From assembly GCA_010909165.1 (NCBI GenBank), contig MU008202.1, positions 372,001 through 436,000 on the forward strand: a DNA stretch of 64,000 bases. The letters run 5' to 3'. Below, in pieces: positions 25,200 to 34,696 of the stretch (its first letter is position 1; each line of letters begins with the position of its first letter). A model generated the notes under the pieces. The model worked only from the letters and a program-made list of their open reading frames with translations, had not been told where the DNA came from and ran no database searches. The DNA comes from Anthoceros angustus. Lineage: Eukaryota > Plantae > Anthocerotophyta. The translations under genes and the position numbers were made by a program.

Positions 25200-26786
25200 C
25201 GTCCAACAGCTTCTCGCAGCCTCTCTCGGTACCCGAGCAGATTTGTGGCCAGAGCGGATAGATAAGGTCGACCCCTAATCGCCTCAGCCCAAATGCTATG
25301 TATGTACATACTTTGATACTTTTTTGGGACAAGTCTGACTTCACAAAACAAACAAAACCGCCACCAGGTGTGAATTAAGTCAGAAGTCCAAGGTGTTCAG
25401 AGTTGTCCCAGCTTATCCCTATTTCATCTACCTACCTATGTAATTTAAGCTAAAGTTAAATTTATAACACTTGGTTAATTAGATCACATATATAATCAAT
25501 TAAATATACAAAAAAGCATAGTTTGTAGTCTTTCTTAGAGTCCCTAGCCTGAAGGCACATATTATCTCCGGGATGACCCCAGGGTTTCAACAGTTTCATT
25601 GTTGAACTACAAGTTTGAGAAGTTCCTAACATCTTCCATGCTCAGACAAAGAAGTTATATCTTTGTCACCAATTTTAGTAGGTTAGTTTTTCATAAAAAA
25701 TATAAAAATTAAATGAGGTGTTTGTTATGCATGGACAAATAAAAGAGGAGAACTCTTGTTTTGGCTAGCCATATCACTTTTGCTTGCCTTCTAGATGCTT
25801 GTACGAGCAATGTAGTCTCACGAATTTATCGAAAGAGGACTGCTGTACAACGTCGTGTTGGACGAAGGATGCATACTCGAAGGAGCTGCACTCACATATC
25901 ATAGAAAGGACGCAGACTTGAAGGAGCTACACTCACATATCATAGAAAGAACTCATACTCAAAGGAGATGCACTCTCGTAACATAGAAAGTGGACTGCTA
26001 GGTAACATGCTAGTTTGCCTCTTGTTTGAAATGATCAAATGGAGCAGAAAGGTTTGATTACAGACAACCATATTTAATCCGACCAATGGCATCTAGTCAC
26101 GAGGGACTGATGATGCACGAACGAGGTGAGGGTCTAACAATTCTGGAAATCTAACAATTCTGGAAATTTGCTGCTATGTACTCATGAACAATGAAACAAA
26201 ACACTCTGCCAAGCACAAGAACAAGCCAACGACATGAACGAGAACACACTGGATAGAGACATATAATGTTTCCTGTGGATAAGCTTTTTACGTGCCACAT
26301 TATCAGTAGCCAAAAAGGTAAGAGCTTGCCCTGTAGTTAGCTTGGACAATTATTAGATTGAAAGCATATTGATATGCTTTCAACCTAATGACCTGATGAT
26401 CTCTAAATCAATTCAATGGGTTTACTTTTTAACCCTTAGCCTTCAAATCCAAATTCTGACCTTAGGGTTTTTTCCACTCATTGACTCAAAACTTGTGCAA
26501 TCTATTCGCAATGTTCTCTAATCTAAGGTCCTCGTGATCTCCAAATCAATTCAATATCTTTAATTTTGACCTCCTGACCTAGATGGCTTCTTTCAATTGA
26601 TTGAAAGAAGCATCAACTTCAGCGAGGGGAGGAGATGATGGGGAAAGCCATGAGATGATGGGGAAGCCTTCTCACAGAGGACATCAAAGGAAGACCACCA
26701 AAGGTTACGCTAGAAAGTAGCAACTAAGCTTCATCCCGAAAGTCACCTATTGTGCGAACAATGTCTTATGCCATTGAATGGCTTCA

Positions 26787-27029
26787 TTTGTTGACCTCTT
26801 GACCTCCAAATCAATTCAATGGCTTCATCTTTTGAGCTCATCATTTTATGCCTTACATTTTGTTGAAATCTCCGCCACCGCGATACGACCTTCAACAGGC
26901 CAGTCGAAGGTTTCATTTGTTGACCTCTTGACCTTCAAATCAATTTAATAGCTTCATCTTTTGAGCTCATCATTTTGTGCGTTACATTTTGTTGAAATCT
27001 CCGCCACCACGATACGACCTCCAACAGGC
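26787..27029. repeat. ~125-bp tandem duplication in intergenic DNA
   Basis: tttgttgacctcttgacct.caaatcaatt...ctccgccacc.cgatacgacct.caacaggc occurs twice. Confidence 0.85.
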
Positions 27030-27418
27030 TATAATCATCAAATTGTACTCTCTTAGACCTATCATACATTTGGACCCTATTTCGCAATATCACTAGAAAC
27101 TATGTATACAACAAAAGCCTTATGGATTGGACTTCGCCATTACGTGGCATGTCTCTTAATGGAGCTTTTAAGATATGTAGATATAAAAGTAAAATTAAAG
27201 CTTTCTTTTTGTTTTTCTTTATATTATTATTTCATATAATTATTTTAATAGTGTTTAATTTTACTTCAGAAGAATAAAAATAATAATGCTTTGTATTAAG
27301 TGCAAGATGCACTATTGGAAATAAAATCCCGATATGTATTGAGAGAAAAAAATTTCTCCCATATAACCAACAACAATAACTTTATTTATGTGCGCTAAAG
27401 GTGAGAAGACCACCCTCC

Positions 27419-27466
27419 AAACATTATGGGACAGAGCTAGTAAAACATTATGGGACAGAGCTAGTA
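27419..27466. repeat. 24-bp tandem duplication upstream of the PPR gene
   Basis: aaacattatgggacagagctagta twice. Confidence 0.85.
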
Positions 27467-27698
27467 CAACGTAAAAGAGGATGAGACCAAAGGTGCCGAG
27501 TGCCCGAGTATGACTATCTTGTATATATTCATATGTATGTATGTTCTACTGTTTGCATTCATTCCTCCGGGTTTGGGCTCATCGCAGCCAGCCCGTATGG
27601 TGTGTCATACATAGTACCTGGGCATCCTGCCATACAGATGGCTATGTGGTCTGCATAGTTTGTTTGTTAGACTCATCTTCCGACAGCGGTCCCTAACG

Positions 27699-30600
27699 AT
27701 GGCTACAGTATTGCAACCGGACCCGTTGTGGAACCAACAAATTGGTGTGTGTACAGGAATTCTAGTAGGAGCTCCCGCTCACCTCACTATAGGGAGTCAA
27801 CCCCTGGGAAACGAAGCCTCCAGGTGCAGTGGTGTCAGGAGCCTAGCGCTTTCACTTACGATAAAATGTGTGGGTGGGGATGGGATTTCCAAGGATGGTC
27901 GTCCCCAGGAGCAGGAGCACATGTGGCAACAATTTTTTCTGGATCCTACCATGTGGTGGGACAACAGACGAGATAAAAAGAGCTCGCATTGTCCTGACTT
28001 CCGGCGTAAGGGGTCCGGCGAGGTCCTGTGGTTAAACAAGTTCAAGCCAGCTTGGGTTGATGAGCAGCTGATTTCCTTCGATATGCAGATGGGTCATGGT
28101 GCCTCTCTTTCCAAGTCGAGCTCTTGGGATCGGCCTCAACCTGGCAGGCGTGAAGGATTGGAAATTGGCGTAACGGCTGGAACCGTGAGCATGTTATGTC
28201 AGCAGGGGAAGCTTTCTGAGGCCGTTGGAGCCCTGGAATCTCTGGCGCAGACAGACTCTGCCATTTCTCAGTCTCTGTTTTACACTGTGCTGAAACTGTG
28301 TACAGCTAAGAAGGATCTCGTTGTGGGGCGACGAGTTCATGATCTCACTGTCAAACTTGGGTACGATTCGAATGCATACTTGGGGAACCATATCGTGCGC
28401 ATGTATGCATGTGGAGGTAGGCTAGAGGAGGCCATGGATGTGTTCACCAGGGTGGGCAAACCAAATGCCTTCATGTGGTTTTCCATAATTTCTGCACATG
28501 CTAAGCACGGGAGACCTAATGAGGCCATACAACTGTACCATGAGATGCGTAGGTCGGGAGTGCAGGCGGATGCTCACGTGTTTGTAGCTGCCCTTCAAGC
28601 TTGTGCATTTGCTGCCGACTTGGAATCTGGCAGAAGAGTGCACTGTGATGTGTTGCACAGTGGCATTCCACTTAACTTGTTTGTTGGCACCTGCCTCGTG
28701 GACATGTATGCAAAATGTGGGGAACTGAAGATGCACGCCAGGTCTTTGACAGCATGGCGTCAAAGAATGTGGTGACATGGAATGCACTGATTGCTGGGTA
28801 TGCACAGCAAGGGCTCGGACATGAGGCGCTTGTTCTGTATGGACAAATGGAGCAGGAGGGCCTCATTTTATCTGACCATGTTACTTTTGCTTGCCTTCTG
28901 AAGGCCTGTGCACTGGTGCCTTACAGAAGGGCAGGCAGCTGCACTCAGATTGTGAAAGAGGACTGCTGGATGACGTAGTGGTGGGCAACTGCCTGGTGGA
29001 CATGTATGCAAAATGTGGTGAACTGAAGATGCACGCCAGGTTTTTGACAGCTTGGCCACAAAGGATGTGGTGACATGGAATGCCCTGATTGCTGGGTATG
29101 CACAGCAAGGGCTCGGACATGAGGCGCTTGTTGTGTATGGACAAATGGAGCAGGAGGGCCTGATTTTGGCTAACCATGTTACTTTTGCTTGCCTTCTGAA
29201 GGCCTGTGCAAGCACTGGTGCCTTACAGAAGGGCAGGCAGCTGCACTCACAGATTGTTGAAAGAGGACTGCTGGATGACGTAGTGGTGGGCAACTGCCTG
29301 GTGGACATGTATGCAAAATGTGGTGAACTGGAAGATGCACGCCAGGTTTTTGACAGCTTGGCCACAAAGGATGTGGTGACATGGACTGCCCTGATTGCTG
29401 GGTATGCACAGCAAGGTCTCGGCCAAGAGGCACTTGCTTTGTATGGACAAATGGAGCAAGAGGGCCTGATTGTGGCTGACTTTGTTACCTTTGCTTGCCT
29501 TCTCAAGGCTTGTGCTAACGCTGGTGCATTACAGAAGGGCAGGCAGCTGCACTCACAGATTGTGAAAGAGGACTGCTGGATAACATAGTGGTGGGCACTG
29601 CCTGGTGGACATGTATGCAAAATGTGGTGAACTGGAAGATGCACGCCAGGTTTTTGACAGCATGGCCACAAAGGATGTGGTGACATGGAATGCCCTGATT
29701 GCTGGGTATGCACAGCAAGGACTCGCCAAGAGGCGCTTGTTGTATGGACAAATGGAGGAGGCGGGCCTCATTTTGGCTGACCATGTTACTTTTGCTTGCC
29801 TTCTGAAGGCCTGTGCAAGCACTGGTGCCTTACAGAAGGGCAGGCAGCTGCACTCACAGATTGTGAAAGAGGACTGCTGGATAATGTAGTGGTGGGCACC
29901 TGCCTGGTGGACATGTATGCAAAATGTGGTGAACTGGAAGATGCACGCCAGGTTTTTGACAGCCCACAAAGGATGTGGTGACATGGAATGCCCTGATTGC
30001 TGGGTATGCACAGCAAGGACTCGCCAAGAGGCGCTTGTGTATGGACAAATGGAGGAGGGCCTCATTTTGGCTGACCATGTTACTTTTGCTTGCCTTCTGA
30101 ATGCCTGTGGAAGCACTGGTGCCTTACAAAAGGGCAGGCAGCTGCACTCACTGATTGTCGAAAGAGGACTGCTGGATGACGTTGTCGTGGGCACTTGCCT
30201 GGTGGACATGTATGCAAAATGTGGTGAACTGGAAGATGCACGCCAGGTTTTTGACAGCTTGGCCACAAAGGATGTGGTGACATGGAATGCCCTGATTGCT
30301 GGGTATGCACAGCAAGGACTCGGCCAAGAGGCGCTTGTTGTGTATGGACAAATGGAGGAGGCGGGCCTCATTTTGGCTGACCATGTTACTTTTGCTTGCC
30401 TTCTGAAGGCCTGTGCAAGCACTGGTGCCTTACAGAAGGGCAGGCAGCTGCACTCGCAGATTGTTGAAAGAGGACTGCTGGATAACGTAGTGTTGGGCAA
30501 CTGCCTGGTGGACATGTATGCAAAATGTGGTGAACTGGAAGATGCACGCCAGGTTTTTGACAGCAGGAACACAAAGGATGTGGTGACGTGGAATGCCCTG

Positions 30601-31494
30601 ATATCTGGCTATGGTGCTTGTGACGAAGGTCACAAGGCACTAGCTTGTTTTGAGGAGATGTTAGTGGCCGGAACTCAGCCTAATGATGCAACTTTTACTT
30701 GCCTTCTAGTAGCATGCAGTCATGAGGGACTGGTCCACGAGGGTCGCAAGCACTTTGATTCCATGGCTGAACAGCATGGCATCAAACCTACTCGTCAGCA
30801 CTACAATTGCATGATTGATCTTCTTGGGCGTGCAGGCCATTTGGATGAGGCAGAGAAGATGCTACTATCATGCGAGGACCAGTGTGATGTTGTGGGATTG
30901 ACGTCCTTGTTGAATGCCTGCAAAAGTCACGGGGATATAGAGAGGGCGATGTGGTGTTTTGAAAGCATTGTTAGGCTGGATCCTCAGCAGGCGCCCGCCT
31001 ATGTGCTCATGGCCAATGCCTATGCCGATGCAGGTAGGTGGGCCGATGTAGACAGGATTGAAACGGAGAGAAGGGCAGCAGGGGCTAACAAGAAACCAGC
31101 AGTGGCGACCATTGAGGTGAACAAGCAGGTACATCGATTTCTGGTGGGAGCAAGGAGAGAGGATATTGCGCTTAAGGTAGAGAGCACGAATGCACGTGTG
31201 AAGCAGGAAGGGGGCCACGTACCTCACACAAAGTTGGTGTTGAAGCCAGTGTGTGAGAAGGAAAAGGAAGATGCGCTATGCGGGCATGCTGAGAAGCTAG
31301 CGTTGGCGTTTGGTCTCTTGAACACTCCGGGTGGGACCCCACTGGTGGTAACGAAGAATCTGCGCATGTGCAGTGACTGCCACAGTTCCACGGAGATCAT
31401 GTCAAGGCTTGAACGGAGAAACATTGTTGTGAGGGATAGTTACCGTGTGCATCGATTCGCAGCTGGCTCTTGCAGTTGTAAGGGTCGACCGTGA
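27699..31494 (+). CDS. intronless PLS-class PPR protein with E1/E2 and a DYW:KP (GRP-type) deaminase-family domain, plus an N-terminal OSB-type PDF motif; candidate organellar U-to-C editing factor; several frameshifts in the repeat tract (assembly error or pseudogene)
   Basis: P/L/S motifs VVTWNALIAGYAQQG / HVTFACLLKAC / VVVGNCLVDMYAKCG. S2 HYNCMIDLLGRAG. Modified PG box KKPAVATIEV, LKP, HAEKLALAFGL, KNLRMCSDCH, C-terminus SCSCKGRP. PDF motif WQQFFLDPTMWWDNRRDKKSSHCPDFRRKGSGEVLWL...PAWVDEQL at 27921-28070. Confidence 0.93.
28763..30573 (+). repeat. six near-identical tandem PLS-triplet coding units (306-nt period)
   Basis: Unit starts (aag[a/g]atgtggtgac) at 28763, 29061, 29367, 29671, 29969, 30268 and 30574; spacings 298, 306, 304, 298, 299, 306. 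Confidence 0.95.
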
Positions 31495-32444
31495 GAATCA
31501 TGAAGAAGTAGGCAGTGCCATCTGGCTGGGGCATGAAGTTGGGCGAGCTCACCAGCGAGGCACAGGCAGCTGTAGGCGATCAGGGATCGGAGCTGCAAGC
31601 CTGGAAATCTGAATCGGGGCTGCGCCTGCTGCATTATACTTGTATATGCGGCAGGGGGCGCGGCGTTGTGAACATCCCAACTATGTGTTCCACTTCGCGA
31701 TGCAGGGCCACAGCAGAGGTGGTAATCACTACCACTCCGCCCATCCCTCAGGTGTGCTTCCTCCTCCTCTCTTGTTTCTGCTTCTCACAGTTGCTTCTTA
31801 CTAACCACTATCAAGCTCCTTCCTTCTCCTTCCCCACTCACCCGTTAAGCATTGTTGACATGATGTGCAATCAATCACAGGACGGAAGCTCGGATAACTT
31901 GAAGGCCTGCGGTCTGGTCGAGCTGCGGATGCACTAACCCACCAACTCAGACGCAAGGCTCTCCGCAACCAAGTTTGCTCTTCTCTAGCCCACATCTCTT
32001 GGGTGGCGCTTAGGGTGGGGAATTAGCTGTCCACTGATTCTCCAAACGGTCGCGTGGTAATATTTTGTGGGGAGTGGCAATATTTTTCCAAGTGGCCATG
32101 TATTCAGAAGTGCGGCGAATGGGAAGATGCCGGATATTTGTGTGCTTGGCCACAACAAAGTGGTAACATTGCATCACCCTTATACATAATATACAATTAC
32201 GCACATTCCTTCAGGTAGACGACCTTGTCTTCTCCTTCAGCTCCCCGGTAAATGAGCCTGTCCTCTCCTTCAGCTCCTTACCATAGCTGCCATCCTACCA
32301 CAAGAATTGACTGTGACTGATGCTAAACACACTGCCTGATCCAGATTTGCCATGCATTCACCATGGACAAGGCAGCAGCAGCAGAGGAATAAGCAAACCC
32401 TGAAGCGTGTTGAGTCGTGAAAGAGACTGCGGTAGTGTGGATTC

Positions 32445-33478
32445 TCAGGCTTGGAGGGCTTCCTGATGAGGACCAGTGGAGCAGGTGGTCGTCTGAGGAT
32501 GGGGAGCAGATAGCAATCGCAAGGCGAGCTCATAGGCAGAGAAAATGGCACCATTCACTATGTAAGCCCGCGCCACAGCAGCTCCAAGGCCTCGAAACAG
32601 GACGGAATATCCTTCCTCCTGCACACTCTTCCTCAAGCAGTCAGCAATACCGGCATATCTCGGCTTAGTCGGGGACTGGGCCTGCAGCCTGGACTTGACG
32701 ACATCCAGAGGGTAACAGCACACCCAGCTCACCACTCCCGCGAGGCCACCAGCGGTGAGCATGGTCATGACGCTCTCTTGCCCGTTCTTCCGGCACCCGG
32801 GCGACAGCTGCTCCCTCACATACTCGTAGGTGACGAAGTAGACGGCATGGCTCGGGGCGTCTCGCAGAGCTGTGATGGTAAGCCCCCGGTACAGGCCTCG
32901 CACGCCTTCAGCTCGGACAATCTTGTTGGCCAGAGCGTGGGGCCCGATCTCCCGCGTTCCTCCCAGTCTGGCCGTCTCTAGCTGCAGTCGGATCTTGATG
33001 AGGTCGACGGGCGTGAGGATGATAGTCTGGATTGCGCCTGCACCTGCTCCGGCCAAGGCTGTCTTGGAGTACGAGAGGGGATCGCGGGAGCCGGGGTCTG
33101 ATAAGGCTCTTTTCAGAAGAGAGTAGGCTTGGAAGGCCACGGCATTCTGCAGCAATCCAGGACGGTGAAGGAAAGCAGGACTTGAGGAAGAAAGGACGAA
33201 GCAAAGATGAGAAAGGCGTACTATACCTGGAACCCGATGGTAGCAAGCGGTGGTCCCATTCCTCTGAACAGGGTCAGAGGACCTTCCGAGGCGGCAATCT
33301 TACGCATCATCGCAACAGCGGAGACAGGGTCAGTGGAGAGACAGGAGCGCGGCTGCTGCAACCGAATTCTGACGGTATCCAGAGGATGGCCGGCCACCAC
33401 TCCCGCCATCCCCCCGAGCGCTCCCGCCAAAAACTCCTTCCCCCAGGAGCCCGCGAGGAACTCCGGCCAGAACTCCAT
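32445..33478 (-). CDS. BAC2: mitochondrial basic amino acid (Arg/Orn) carrier, 2 exons
   Basis: N-terminus MEFWPEFLAGSWGKEFLAG is typical of plant BAC2. Three carrier signatures: HPLDTVRIR, TPVDLIKIR, YPLDVVKSR. Intron at about 33147-33226. Confidence 0.93.
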
Positions 33479-34469
33479 CTCCGGTGATTCGTCTCACACC
33501 ACTGCTGGCCTGCATGCGCAGCGCGGAGGAGAGTGACATGCTGTGACCTACACAATGACAATTAAGGCTGTGAATCTTGAGCAAGGCAGAGCTCAGCGTA
33601 CATGCATTTGCACTTGCCAGGAAGAGGCAGATCGCGCCGTCCGGATCCCGGGGTGCACAGAGCGCTCGTCCGCTGCCCTCTTATCCTCTGCCAGTCAAGA
33701 TCCCTTATTCACGCCTAGAAACACGCCTTGCATCTGCCAAGCGCCCGCCAACATCCTTTGATTCGATCCTTGGAAATCGCCTCTCTCTCTTCCCTTTCTC
33801 CTCCAGGCTTTCCTTGGCGAGCAGCTGGTCAGGCCATCCCATCCCATCCCATCCTCCTCCTCCTCTTCTTCTCGGTGAGACACGCAAAGCGTCAATAATA
33901 ATCAGCCTCTTCCTCGCCATGATGCTCAGACACCCTGAAGGAGTCCACTGCAAAGCGAGCTCGCCGCCTTACTTCCTTCGTACGTCGGCTATACAGACAA
34001 GTATTTGTATGCACAGGCTCAGACAATCTACACCGGTACCTTGTCCTTGAGTTTCTGCGAACGACCTGCGGGTCAATGGCAGTCGACGAATCCAAATGCG
34101 GAGGGAGTGGAAATCGGAGTGTCTCCGTGTGCATTGAAAGAGAGCAGTTACCAGTATCACCGCATTCCTACTGGCTTCCCTCACCACGATCGCAACCTGC
34201 CAGTTCATTCACGTCAAGGGTCCATGGCTGCAGTTCCTGGTCAAGTTCCATTGCACCAAAAGGAATTCGAAGACGCTCGCCAGCCAACCCTCAGTGTCAC
34301 GACTACATATGGCTACAAATAGTGGAGCCACACAAGCTTACGTCATCCGTTCCTCTCCTTCGACAGTTAAAGTTGTCTCTGGACATTCCACCTGGAGGCT
34401 GGAGCGCACCACTCCGCCTCTCCTCGAGTCGACCAAAAGTGAAGACCCCAATTAAGTGAAGCTGCTAAA

Positions 34470-34696
34470 ATGGCGCGCCTGCAGCTGCAGCTGGGTTGGA
34501 CGATGTTTGTCTCCTTCGCCGTCATGTACGCTGTTATGCACACGCATTGGCCGCAGACGAGGACCCCAACAGGACTTGTAGGATGGTGACCGGCACCCCG
34601 GCCATCAACGGCTTCCCCTGCAACACGGCGAGCGCCACCGTGGCAGCCGACTTCAAGTCGTCCGTGCTGGCCACGCCACGCAACACTAACGACAAT
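34470..34696 (+). pseudogene. germin-like protein 5' fragment, copy 1 (signal peptide and N-terminus only)
   Basis: Hydrophobic leader, then ADEDP(..QD.C, disrupted by indels)...INGFPC...VAADFKSSVLATPRNTN, matching the GLP N-terminal pattern. Ends before the germin/cupin boxes. Two extra bases relative to copy 2. Confidence 0.72.

Noticed and set aside
24240-25265. 341-aa plus-strand ORF
   Set aside because: Antisense shadow of the RPL29 gene with no recognisable domain.
28868-30640. Long minus-strand ORFs (281 and 339 aa) over the PPR tract
   Set aside because: Antisense frames of repetitive PPR codons.
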